Origin: Methylophaga frappieri
Lineage (GTDB): Bacteria > Pseudomonadota > Gammaproteobacteria > Nitrosococcales > Methylophagaceae
NCBI RefSeq assembly: GCF_000260965.1
Contig: NC_017856.1
Location: 2,220,001 to 2,252,000 of the forward strand
Reading direction: 5' to 3'
DNA length: 32,000 bases
Part shown: in pieces, positions 16,642 through 25,835 of the stretch
Position numbering within the stretch: the first letter of the stretch is position 1
Layout of the letters: each line of letters opens with the position of its first letter
Notes under the pieces: generated by a model
Told to the model about the DNA's origin: nothing
The model's input: only the letters and a program-made list of their open reading frames with translations
Databases searched by the model: none
Program-made: the position numbers and the translations under genes

Positions 16642-17834
16642 GAAAACGCCCTATCCCATAATGGCGTCGCAACCGTTGCTTGGGGTAATACCGTCACTTC
16701 GGGATAAGAGTGCTGATTTGTTGACGCATTTTGTAGCGTTGAGATGAGTTGATCACTTAGATCCGGGGCGAGTGCTAATTTGGTTGGCCAGGCAATGTGC
16801 AGGTTGTCATGGCTTTCTACAAAGGCGCTGTCCGGTCGGCTGAAGCCTTTTTGTTTGGGTTCGGCGCGATTGATATTCACCGTTGCCCAGTCGAGATCGG
16901 GTAACGATACCCAGGGCATAATTTGTTTAAGCAATGCCTGCGCCTCACGGATTAATTTGTCCGGCGATTTACCCACACCCTGCTCGGCAATATTACCGCC
17001 CAGATACCAGACCATATTACCGTGTTGATCCGAGTGGCTGGTGATCGTCGCTATTGGTTTGCTCCCGGAGCCAAGGCTATGCGCATAAATGGCGGGCAAA
17101 GGCGATGACGGATCGGCCGATTTGCAGAGCAGCATTTGTAAAGGTCTCAGCTGCATTTCAGGCCGCTGGATATGGTGATGTGATAACAACTCACCGGTGC
17201 CTTCGCCGGCAGTGACGATAAAGTGCTGCGCCTTAATTTGGAGCGTATCGCCAATCGCCAGACGGTGAATGCCTTGTCCTTCCCGAATAAATTTCAGGGT
17301 TGCCGCCCCGGTATGCAATATCCGGTGTCCATAGTTTTGCTGGAAACAACCTAATAAACTGGGCACATCCACCACAGGTTCATCAAGCGCATACAAGGCA
17401 CCTTTAAATCCGGGATCGGCAAAGATGCCATTTCGTGCTGATTTAGGGATTGCTTGCATACGGCTTTGCAACGCTTTACTGGCAAAAAATGACACCAGTT
17501 TTGAGGATAAACGTTGTGTCGACCACAATAATTGATGATCGGCTAAAATCTTCGCCTGAGATAAATTAATCTCACCCGAACCATGAAAACAGGCTTGCCA
17601 TCTTGCCGGCATGGCACTGATCGCTTGCGCCGCATTGGATAAAACGCCATTTAACGCATATTTGCTACCGCCGTGGATGATGCCTTGTGCAGCAAGTGTT
17701 TGCGCATGGCCAATTTGATGCGCTTCCAGTAATAACGCATGATAGCCAAGCTGGTTCAGACGGTGATGCAGCCATAGTCCGGCAATACCGGCGCCAATAA
17801 TGACAATATCCGTATCGATGGCCGTTGACGTCAT
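16638..17834 (-). CDS. FAD-dependent oxidoreductase (DAO / GlpD-like family)
   Basis: 398-aa ORF with an N-terminal Rossmann motif (DIVIIGAGIAGLW) followed by QTLAAQGIIHGGSKYAL, resembling the GlpD-type SSKLIHGGLRYL segment. Its start overlaps the gmhA stop (ATGA). Confidence 0.75.
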   Translation of the reverse strand: MTSTAIDTDIVIIGAGIAGLWLHHRLNQLGYHALLLEAHQIGHAQTLAAQGIIHGGSKYALNGVLSNAAQAISAMPARWQACFHGSGEINLSQAKILADHQLLWSTQRLSSKLVSFFASKALQSRMQAIPKSARNGIFADPGFKGALYALDEPVVDVPSLLGCFQQNYGHRILHTGAATLKFIREGQGIHRLAIGDTLQIKAQHFIVTAGEGTGELLSHHHIQRPEMQLRPLQMLLCKSADPSSPLPAIYAHSLGSGSKPIATITSHSDQHGNMVWYLGGNIAEQGVGKSPDKLIREAQALLKQIMPWVSLPDLDWATVNINRAEPKQKGFSRPDSAFVESHDNLHIAWPTKLALAPDLSDQLISTLQNASTNQHSYPEVTVLPQATVATPLWDRAFS

Positions 17835-18391
17835 GAATGGAGTTGACTATCTACCGCTTCACATAACCAATGCCCGATAATTAAATGGCCTTCCTGGATG
17901 CGAGCGGTTTCGGTACTGGCAACACGGATACACTCATCAGCCAAAGTATGGAGAGCACCGCCATTCTGGCCTGTAAAAGCGACTGTATAAATGCCGACAG
18001 ACTGTGCGGCGCGGACGCCATTAATCACATTCTGACTGTTACCCGATGTGGAAAAACCAAACGCCAAGTCGCCGGGTTTGGCCAAGGCGGTTATCTGGCG
18101 ATCAAAGACAGTATCAAACGCATAGTCATTACTATGCGCCGTCAAAATTGAGGTATCCGTTGTCAACGCAATCGCCCCTAGTGGACGACGGTCATCTTTG
18201 TATCGAATGACAAATTCTGCTGCCAAATGTTGTGCATCCGCGGCACTGCCGCCATTGCCGAAAAACAAAATTTTGTTTCCGGCTAAAACACAGTCACAAA
18301 CACGTTTTAATAACGCATCTAACTGTGGCGCCAGCTCAAACAGGCTTTCAACCATGCGCTGGTGACGTTGCAAAGTGGCATCAAATGACAC
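17831..18391 (-). CDS. gmhA: D-sedoheptulose 7-phosphate isomerase (SIS domain)
   Basis: 186-aa ORF with GmhA motifs: FFGNGGSAADAQHLAAEF, ALTTDTSILTAHSNDYAFD, STSGNS, ARIQEGHL. A DiaA-like SIS paralog cannot be fully excluded by eye. Confidence 0.8.
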   Translation of the reverse strand: MSFDATLQRHQRMVESLFELAPQLDALLKRVCDCVLAGNKILFFGNGGSAADAQHLAAEFVIRYKDDRRPLGAIALTTDTSILTAHSNDYAFDTVFDRQITALAKPGDLAFGFSTSGNSQNVINGVRAAQSVGIYTVAFTGQNGGALHTLADECIRVASTETARIQEGHLIIGHWLCEAVDSQLHS

Positions 18392-18526
18392 GGCATACCT
18401 CGATTATTTCAAATCAATGTTAAACTGAACGACAATATTTCGCAGTGTGCCGTTCGCATTGTGACTCTATTCTAGTGGAGCGCTCGTACCTTGTCAGTTT
18501 TGAGTGCAGTCAGTTAGGAACAATGT

Positions 18527-19621
18527 ATGCAACTTGCTTTTGCCATCACGGAATATTTTCCGTTCGGTGGGGCGCAGCGTGATTTTATTGCCGTTGCCAA
18601 AGCGATGGCTCATCGCGGACATCAGATAACGGTTATCACTGCAGCTTGGCAGGGTGACTTTCCCTGTGGCTGGCAAAAAGTCATTGTTAGTAAAGCACAA
18701 TTTCGAACCAATCATGCGCGATTACGAGCGTTATCGGATACGGTTTTAGCTTTTCAGGAAAATCATACCTTTGATGCCATTATCGGCTTTACCAAAATGG
18801 CCGGACTGGATATCTACTTTGCTGCAGACCCGAGCTTTGTTGCGACACGGTATCACGGTATCAAAAAATGCTTACCGCGCTATCGGGTTTATGCACAAAT
18901 AGAACAGCAGATGTTTGCTAATAAAGCCTTAAAAGTCTTTTTTCTAACCCAAGATCAACGCCTACAATATCAACGCTATTTTTCCGTGGCGGCGCAAAAT
19001 CAGCAAATGTTACCGGTGACTGTCGAACCAGAATTTCATTATGACCCAGTGCGTTACGATGCTGGCAGGCGTTGGCGTCAGGAACATCAACCGGAATCGG
19101 GACGTCAGGTATTGTTATTCGTCGCGGCAGATTTTCATACAAAAGGTCTGGATCGCGTCATCCGAGCTTTACAGCAACTGAGTTCAGAAGAGCGCGAAAA
19201 ATTGGCCTTATGGATCGTTGGCAACGGAAAACAAGCGAAATATGACAAGGCGTTAGCCGCGTTAACGGGTTTGCACTACACCTTTTGGGGCGGACAAACA
19301 ACGACGCATCATTTCTACTTCGCGGCGGATGTATTAGTGCACCCTGCCCGGAAGGAAGCGGCGGGCATGGTGATTGCCGAGGCGTTGGCTGCCCGGTTAC
19401 CGGTCAGAATTTCATCTGTGTGTGGTTACCGTTTTCTGGCTGAGGCGGATCCTGCGTCGCGAATATTACCTGTCAAAAACAGGGTTGCTGCCCTGGCGCA
19501 AGAGATTAGACAAATCAGCCGCATGCCTTTACCTCTATCACGTGGTCAAGGCGGCAATGGCATTAGTCGTCGGCCCCGTGCCGATTTCTGTGCCGATCAG
19601 ATTGAGGCATGGTTACGTTGA
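18527..19621 (+). CDS. waaG: LPS core alpha-1,3-glucosyltransferase I-like GT4
   Basis: 364-aa ORF starting MQLAFAITEYFPFGGAQRDFIAVAKAMAHRGHQITV (E. coli WaaG starts MIVAFCLYKYFPFGGLQRDFMRIASTVAARGHHVRV). It also has GLDIYFAADP and HPARKEAAGMVIAEALAARLPV (EX7E region). Confidence 0.85.
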   Translation: MQLAFAITEYFPFGGAQRDFIAVAKAMAHRGHQITVITAAWQGDFPCGWQKVIVSKAQFRTNHARLRALSDTVLAFQENHTFDAIIGFTKMAGLDIYFAADPSFVATRYHGIKKCLPRYRVYAQIEQQMFANKALKVFFLTQDQRLQYQRYFSVAAQNQQMLPVTVEPEFHYDPVRYDAGRRWRQEHQPESGRQVLLFVAADFHTKGLDRVIRALQQLSSEEREKLALWIVGNGKQAKYDKALAALTGLHYTFWGGQTTTHHFYFAADVLVHPARKEAAGMVIAEALAARLPVRISSVCGYRFLAEADPASRILPVKNRVAALAQEIRQISRMPLPLSRGQGGNGISRRPRADFCADQIEAWLR

Positions 19622-20436
19622 TGAAACCAGAAGTCTATCTTCGTGAAGAGTTAAAGGCTGTCTTGGCGGGCCGCTCGCCATTTGACTTCTTTAAAATGGT
19701 TGAGGGTGATATTTACAGGGATAAAGAAGGCCGGCGCACACTTCGGTTTATTGCTGAAGGCAAACGTTATTTTGTGAAATATCATCAAGGTGTCGGCTGG
19801 CGAGAGATATGGAAAAATCTGTTGCAGGCACGGTTACCAATTATCAGCGCGCGGAATGAGTGGCAGGCCATCCAAACTCTGCATCGCGTTGGGGTGGATA
19901 CCATGACCCTGGCAGGGTATGGGGAAACGGGCCTCAATCCAGCCCAGCGTCGCTCGTTTGTCGTCACTGATGAATTGACCCATACCATGAGTCTGGAGTA
20001 TCTCGGTGAACAATGGCAGCATAATGCGCCCAGCCTAAAAAGTAAGCGCTTACTAATAGACAAATTGGCAGATATGACCAGGCGCATGCATCATGCCGGC
20101 CTGAATCATCGTGACTATTATCTCTGCCATGTTTTGCTGACCGAAACGTTTGCACAGACGAATACGATTTCTGAGCAAACGCAACTGTTTTTGATTGATC
20201 TGCATCGTGCCCAGCAACGTAAGCGCGTACCCGCGCGCTGGTTAATCAAAGATTTGGCGTCACTGTATTTTTCGGCGCATGCGGTATCACTGACCAAGCG
20301 GGATAAGCTGCGTTTTATTCGAGCTTACAGTGGCTTGTCATTACGATTTTGCCTGACCCATGATCGCCGTTTTTGGCATAAAGTGCAGAAACGGCGTGAT
20401 GCCTTAATGGCCAAATGGCAGCGACAGCATGACTAA
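19621..20436 (+). CDS. waaP: LPS core heptose(I) kinase
   Basis: Strong by-eye match to E. coli WaaP: RRTLRFIAEGKRYFVKYH, EWQAIQTLHRVGVDTM, HHAGLNHRDYYLCHVLL, IDLHRAQQRKRVPARW. The ATG at 19621 overlaps the waaG stop by 1 nt. The track start at 19609 is an alternative. Confidence 0.85.
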   Translation: MKPEVYLREELKAVLAGRSPFDFFKMVEGDIYRDKEGRRTLRFIAEGKRYFVKYHQGVGWREIWKNLLQARLPIISARNEWQAIQTLHRVGVDTMTLAGYGETGLNPAQRRSFVVTDELTHTMSLEYLGEQWQHNAPSLKSKRLLIDKLADMTRRMHHAGLNHRDYYLCHVLLTETFAQTNTISEQTQLFLIDLHRAQQRKRVPARWLIKDLASLYFSAHAVSLTKRDKLRFIRAYSGLSLRFCLTHDRRFWHKVQKRRDALMAKWQRQHD

Positions 20437-21766
20437 ATTAGCGCTTGGAGACTTACCAGACTTGCCGGTTACCCTGACATGGCAAGAGCAGTCAATTACC
20501 TTGCAGCAAACATTACGTTACCTGCCTGAGAAAAGATTAGTCACGAAAGCAAGGTGGCATGACACGCCCCTCTTGTTGAAGTGTTTTCGCCGTAATCGAC
20601 AAGGGAAAAGGCAGTGGTTGGCCGAACAAAAAGGGCATCAACTAATGCAAGAAGCGGGGTTAAATGCGCCCGCGCGGCTTTTAATGGAAGCTGATTTGGC
20701 GGGTTGTTATGCGATTGCCTATGCCTGGCTGGAACGGGCGACACCGCTGACCGAGCAGGATTTAACCGTGCCAGAAAAGTGTCGAAAAATCTGGTCTGAA
20801 CTCGCTAAATTACACGATGCTGGTCTGATACATCAGGACCTGCATTGTGACAATTTGCTGTTTGTCGAGGATCAGTTTGTGATGGTCGACTATACCGCGG
20901 TGTTGGCACAGAAGCAGCCCTTGTCTCTGGCAATGCGACTGGAACAGGTCGCCCTTTTGTTAGCGCAGTTTACCGCGGAGGGACAAGACAGGCTATGCCA
21001 GTCTATTTCGGTCTATCAGAACAGCTTACAGTCTGATCAGTTATTTGCTTTTGCTGAGCAATTACCGGCAAAACGGAAACAAATTGAGCAACAGCGTCAT
21101 CAGACGTATCTAAAAAAATGCTTTCGGACCTGCACGATGACCGCCTATCGGCATACCCTGACCTATGAGTATGCATTCCAGCGCGAGTTTTGGGAAAAAC
21201 GGCATGATGACTTTATCACGCAGCTGGATACGCTAATTGCAAATGGAGAGTTACTCAAACAAGGTAACTCGGCAACGGTGGCGAAAGTGGACCTGGATGG
21301 TCAGGTGGTAGTGATTAAACGTTACAACCTGAAGTCAGCATGGCATTTTCTTAAACGGTGCTGGCGGCCAAGTCGCGCTGCCAATGCCTGGCGTTATGGT
21401 CGACTGCTGACTTTGATTGGCTTGCCGACACCGACGGCACTGGGCTTTGTTGAAAGACGAATCGGGCCATTACGCTGTCGTGCTTACCTGATTACGGCGT
21501 GGCTGCCAGGCCAAGAGTTATCGGCGCGGTTTCCTGATAAAGAGCCTGGTGGCGAGATTGCCAAACAGATTCAGGCACTGTTCCAACTGTTATTACGTTA
21601 CCGTCTGGTGCATGGTGATTTGAAGGCCAGTAATATTCTAATTGATGACCAACAGCAACTTCAGCTGATCGATCTCGATGCCATGTCTCAATGTGAAAAC
21701 AACCGGCAATTTGCGCGTGGCCATCATCGTGACTGGCAACGTTATCAACGTAACTGGTCAGAATGA
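20429..21766 (+). CDS. Two-domain LPS kinase (tandem Kdo/WaaP-family kinase domains)
   Basis: 445-aa ORF with two separate kinase catalytic loops: HQDLHCDN (20831-20854), followed by VMVDY; and HGDLKASN (21611-21634), followed by LIDLD and preceded by VVVIKRY. Its start overlaps the waaP stop by 8 nt (ATGACTAA). Confidence 0.7.
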   Translation: MTKLALGDLPDLPVTLTWQEQSITLQQTLRYLPEKRLVTKARWHDTPLLLKCFRRNRQGKRQWLAEQKGHQLMQEAGLNAPARLLMEADLAGCYAIAYAWLERATPLTEQDLTVPEKCRKIWSELAKLHDAGLIHQDLHCDNLLFVEDQFVMVDYTAVLAQKQPLSLAMRLEQVALLLAQFTAEGQDRLCQSISVYQNSLQSDQLFAFAEQLPAKRKQIEQQRHQTYLKKCFRTCTMTAYRHTLTYEYAFQREFWEKRHDDFITQLDTLIANGELLKQGNSATVAKVDLDGQVVVIKRYNLKSAWHFLKRCWRPSRAANAWRYGRLLTLIGLPTPTALGFVERRIGPLRCRAYLITAWLPGQELSARFPDKEPGGEIAKQIQALFQLLLRYRLVHGDLKASNILIDDQQQLQLIDLDAMSQCENNRQFARGHHRDWQRYQRNWSE

Positions 21767-22525
21767 TGGAAAAGCGGCGATAAGTTGAGACTGAATTTCA
21801 GTTAAACCGGGACGGTGATAGCTGTTCACAATGTGTTCGGCTTGATGATGGATTTCGTCAACTGTCAGGGCTATAGGCGCCGCTGAAATACCAAAATTAG
21901 TGTAATAATCGGCAAACTTGAAATCACCACCTCGCAAGTCATTCGAAAGCTGAATACGTGCATTAGCAATGCCAAGTGCATCGGCAGCAATTAACCCATG
22001 CATGGCCGATGAAAAAATAACCTCACAGGTTTGCAGTCGTTGCAGAAACATGGCGGGTGGCAGAAAAATATCAATCAAGGTGACATCAGCATAGCGATCA
22101 CAAAGCTGCGCTAATAATGGATGGGATTTGTCTTTGTAATGCGCAACCAAACCAACAGTAAACTTTTTTGTTGGTTTTGAACCCGACAATAGCAGATGAG
22201 CAAGGAGTCCGGGATCACCGAGTGGTGTGTCTGGGCCGGCGCTAATGATGTCTCGGCTAAGCGCACCTCGGATAGCATGATAATGGTGGCGAGATTGATG
22301 CGGCTTTTTCGCTTCAATAAACCCGCTGCCCCAAACCGATAGCCGACGGCTAAACCAATGTTCAGGCAAACGATGCAATAAACTGCCGATAGCGATCAAG
22401 TCGCATTGTTTAACGGGGGCATAAACGATTTTGCGACCCGAGATAATTTCACAAATGCGTGGCGAGAGCGCATCCCCAAAATTGGGCTTCGAAGCTGACC
22501 AGTGAAGTTTAAGGGGGGCCCGCAC
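21758..22525 (-). CDS. Polysaccharide pyruvyl transferase family protein (ExoV/CsaB-like)
   Basis: Family pattern seen by eye: KPNFGDALSPRI, AIGSLL, VWGSGF, IRGALS, LGDPGLL, FSSAMHGLIAADALGIA, KFADYY. The start is uncertain. GTG at 22525 puts NFGD about 14 residues in, as is usual for the family. The track's TTG at 22594 would overlap the upstream gene by 59 nt. Confidence 0.65.
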   Translation of the reverse strand: MRAPLKLHWSASKPNFGDALSPRICEIISGRKIVYAPVKQCDLIAIGSLLHRLPEHWFSRRLSVWGSGFIEAKKPHQSRHHYHAIRGALSRDIISAGPDTPLGDPGLLAHLLLSGSKPTKKFTVGLVAHYKDKSHPLLAQLCDRYADVTLIDIFLPPAMFLQRLQTCEVIFSSAMHGLIAADALGIANARIQLSNDLRGGDFKFADYYTNFGISAAPIALTVDEIHHQAEHIVNSYHRPGLTEIQSQLIAAFPSF

Positions 22526-22535
22526 GATGCGACAT

Positions 22536-24263
22536 TCACACTGTTTTAGTAACGAGAATATCTTCCATAACCAGATACTGCAGATCGGAACCAAAAAACA
22601 TATTCAAGGCATCGATTGGACTACACACCATCGGTTCACCGCGCCGGTTGAGCGAAGTATTGAGCACCACCGCATTGCCGTTTCGTTTTGCCAATTCACT
22701 TATCAGATCGTAATAACGCGGATTGGTTTGCGCCGTCACAATCTGTGCCCGAGCCGTGCCATCCTCATGCACCACTTCCGGGATGCGTGACTTCCAGCTT
22801 TCTGCGACATCAAAGGTAAAAGTCATATACGGGCTAGGATGGGCAGTCTGTAAAATCTCTTCTGCCACGGTATCCAGCATACTGGGACAGAATGGGCGCC
22901 ATCTTTCTCGGTACTTGATTTGGGCATTGATGCGATCGGCAACGCCCGGGTGACTGGGTGACCCCAGAATACTCCGATTACCCAGCGCGCGCGGGCCAAA
23001 CTCCATGCGTCCCTGAAACCAGGCAACGGGATTACCTGCATCAAGCAGCTGCGCCGTCTCAGCGGTCACATTATCCAGTTTTTGCCATGTCACGGGTTGC
23101 GTGTAGGCTTCACAGGCATCAATACACTGCTGCGTCGTGTAAGCAGGGCCAAGATAGGCATGTTGCATGGGTTCGATGATCATCCCGGCTTGAGTGGCGG
23201 CGTAGCTGGCCGCGCCAATAGCGGTACCAGCATCGCCAGCAGCTGGTTGCACGAAGAGCTCTTTGACACCGGGCATGGCAATGATGCGCTGATTTAATTT
23301 GACGTTCAGTGCGACACCGCCAGCATAAGCGATTTTGCCGGTTTCTTTGATAATATCGCCCAGATAATAATCAATCAGATGCAAGGCACATTTTTCCAGC
23401 AATGCCTGAATGCTGGCGGCGTAATCAATATACGGTTCGTCTTTTTCATCGCCTTCGCGCATTGGCCCTAGCCACTCAATCAGGGCCGGGCTGAAAAAAT
23501 AGCCTTTGCCATTTTTCTTGAAGCGCCGAAGCCCCACAGTATTGACCAGTTTGGTATTGATGCGGAATTGGCCATCTTGGCAGTCAATCAGGCGGGAAAA
23601 ATCAAAACGGTCTGGGTCGCCATAGGGGGCCATGCCCATAACCTTAAACTCGCCATCGAGCATTTCAAAGCCCAGATACTCTGTTAATGCACCATATAGT
23701 CCGCCCAACGAGTCCGGGTCATAAAATTCTTTGATTTTGTGAATCTGGCCGTTTTCACCATAACCAAAAAAAGTGGTGGCATATTCGCCTTTACCATCAA
23801 TGCCAATAATGGCGGTTTTTTCTTTAAAACCACTTAGATGATAGGCACTGCTGGCATGAGCAAGATGGTGTTCCACCGGCACAAACTTGACTCGGTTGGC
23901 GCCAATGCCAAGGTCATCCAATAATTGCATGACGTGTTTATGATTCCGCCAATAGCGGCGATTTCCGTTGAACAGTGCCAATAATGCACGGTCAGGGGCA
24001 TACCAGTGGCGTTTTGCGTAATGCCAGCGAGCGGGTGTCGTCAACGGAATTTCAGCAAACGGGAAAGCGACCATATCAATTTCATCTGGACGGATTCCAG
24101 CTTGCTGCAAGCAAAATCGGGTTGCTTCGTAGGCCATTTTGCCTTTGGCATGTTTGTCACGCAGAAAACGCTCTTCTTCAGCGGCAGCGATCAATTTGCC
24201 ATCGATATAAATTGCAGCGGAGGCATCATGCCCGACGGCGCCGGAAAGTCCTAAAACAATCAT
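22536..24263 (-). CDS. Carbamoyltransferase (NodU/CmcH family)
   Basis: 575-aa ORF starting MIVLGLSGAVGHDASAAIYIDGKLIAAAEEERF, with HHLAHASSAY and a C-terminal YrdC-like/ASKHA architecture typical of NodU/CmcH. A homologous carbamoyltransferase sits in the P. aeruginosa core-LPS cluster (from memory). Confidence 0.88.
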   Translation of the reverse strand: MIVLGLSGAVGHDASAAIYIDGKLIAAAEEERFLRDKHAKGKMAYEATRFCLQQAGIRPDEIDMVAFPFAEIPLTTPARWHYAKRHWYAPDRALLALFNGNRRYWRNHKHVMQLLDDLGIGANRVKFVPVEHHLAHASSAYHLSGFKEKTAIIGIDGKGEYATTFFGYGENGQIHKIKEFYDPDSLGGLYGALTEYLGFEMLDGEFKVMGMAPYGDPDRFDFSRLIDCQDGQFRINTKLVNTVGLRRFKKNGKGYFFSPALIEWLGPMREGDEKDEPYIDYAASIQALLEKCALHLIDYYLGDIIKETGKIAYAGGVALNVKLNQRIIAMPGVKELFVQPAAGDAGTAIGAASYAATQAGMIIEPMQHAYLGPAYTTQQCIDACEAYTQPVTWQKLDNVTAETAQLLDAGNPVAWFQGRMEFGPRALGNRSILGSPSHPGVADRINAQIKYRERWRPFCPSMLDTVAEEILQTAHPSPYMTFTFDVAESWKSRIPEVVHEDGTARAQIVTAQTNPRYYDLISELAKRNGNAVVLNTSLNRRGEPMVCSPIDALNMFFGSDLQYLVMEDILVTKTV

Positions 24264-24335
24264 AGTGAGTCAATATTCCAAAATAATGCGGTGAGTATAG
24301 CAAGACCGCCTTTGCAGCGGTTAAACGCTGGCCGA

Positions 24336-25835
24336 TTATTGATTCTGAACCTGATACAGCGTCGCGCTGTCACCCCGGTCACTTTCCTGATGGTGCAAGA
24401 CTGTTAACGATAAGTCGGTTGGAATCATTGCAGGGCCAGGGCCATGACGATTTTTGCTGACAATTAACAGATAGTCCGTTTGCTTGTTGAGGGTTTGCAA
24501 GCTGTGTTGTGTGATACGAAGTCGATCGCCGGCATACTGCTCCAGATAATAGGCACTAAACACATCCAGTGTTGCGACCCGACTATTGTCAGGTAATGTT
24601 GTTGCTGCCCATTTCGCCGTTGCGGGGAGATAAGACTTGGAATGACTTTGATAAACTGCATCGCCAAGGCTGTAAAGCAACAGCATGCCGATGATGAATA
24701 AAGGCACACGGCGCTTATTTTGGTAGCACTCATCAATAAAACCGCTGATCTTTGGCAATATCATCAAAAACAGACTGGTAAATGCCATCACACCGTAACG
24801 CGTTGTCATCAAATACGTATTCAATAACAACACATATAAAATTAAGCCATTTAAAAACAGGAAGTAAACAAGCGCAATTCGCTCTGTTTGGGGTAGCGGC
24901 GGACTCGGATAACGACTCGCCATTACCCACAGAATAAGATAGCTCACTGATAAGCCGAGTAAGATCTCACCAACAATGATGCCAAACAGAGCGCTAGCCA
25001 AAAACAAGCTGGCAGCATCCTCACTGACCGGATGCAGAATTTTATCGGCAATGAACTGACGGTTTTGTTCAAACAAAAACATAAACCGACTACTATCGGT
25101 GTAGTCAGCAATTAAGGAAAGTCGGCCAAATACCTCACTCCAGCCATCACTCAAGACAAGCAGTATCATCGCCCCAAACAGCGTTATTAGCGTCAAACCA
25201 TAGAGTGAAAATATCTGTTTCGGCCAGCTGACTTGGCGTGATTGAAAACAAGCCAAAAGTGGCATTGCCAATAACAGAAATAGCGCCTCGATTCGAAATA
25301 AAAAGGCAATGAACGTATAGGCTTGCCAATACAGTCCATGGTGCAAAGCCCCTGTTCGCAGAAAATTGAGAAAGTGCAAAAGAGCCAGACTGACAAAAGC
25401 CCAATAGCCTACATCGCGCACAATAAAATCACGGTAATTATTCAGGCTTAAAAACAGCAAAATCAGTATCGCTGCAATGGCCAGCTGACGGCTGGGAATA
25501 ATCAGCTTGGCACTTATGCGCAGTAAACTATCAGTAAATAAAACAAATAAAACAATATTGATGATGCTGGCACTGAATTGTGCTGATAGCCCTGAAATAG
25601 CGCTGAGAACTGCGGTCAAAATGGCATAGAAGGGCCAATCGTACAGATCGGCCATGGCTTGAAACCCGCCTTGTAACAGTGCCTCAGCCATCTGTACGTA
25701 AAGAATGCCATCTTTGTTGATGATGTCATCTGTCAAAAAAGCTTCTACAGACAATAAGGCACTACATAGCGCAACGAACCAGCGTAATTGGCTGAGTGAG
25801 AGTTGCTCAAATTGAATACGAGGCATGGCGGGCAC
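24336..25835 (-). CDS. Polytopic membrane protein, probable GT-C type (ArnT/PMT-like) glycosyltransferase
   Basis: 499-aa ORF with about 12-13 hydrophobic segments by eye and a roughly 110-aa soluble C-terminal domain. The first loop is acidic (FLTDDIINKDGILYVQMAEALLQGG), resembling the GT-C first-loop motif. GTG start at 25835, or ATG at 25826. The family assignment is tentative; a WaaL/Wzy-type protein is not excluded. Confidence 0.5.
   Translation of the reverse strand: MPAMPRIQFEQLSLSQLRWFVALCSALLSVEAFLTDDIINKDGILYVQMAEALLQGGFQAMADLYDWPFYAILTAVLSAISGLSAQFSASIINIVLFVLFTDSLLRISAKLIIPSRQLAIAAILILLFLSLNNYRDFIVRDVGYWAFVSLALLHFLNFLRTGALHHGLYWQAYTFIAFLFRIEALFLLLAMPLLACFQSRQVSWPKQIFSLYGLTLITLFGAMILLVLSDGWSEVFGRLSLIADYTDSSRFMFLFEQNRQFIADKILHPVSEDAASLFLASALFGIIVGEILLGLSVSYLILWVMASRYPSPPLPQTERIALVYFLFLNGLILYVLLLNTYLMTTRYGVMAFTSLFLMILPKISGFIDECYQNKRRVPLFIIGMLLLYSLGDAVYQSHSKSYLPATAKWAATTLPDNSRVATLDVFSAYYLEQYAGDRLRITQHSLQTLNKQTDYLLIVSKNRHGPGPAMIPTDLSLTVLHHQESDRGDSATLYQVQNQ

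Noticed and set aside
24280-24300. Small inverted repeat (accgc ctttgca gcggt) between the GT-C-like gene and the carbamoyltransferase gene, considered as a terminator. Coordinates are approximate.
   Set aside because: It has only a 5-bp stem, no U-tract, and sits between co-oriented genes 72 nt apart. This is insufficient evidence.
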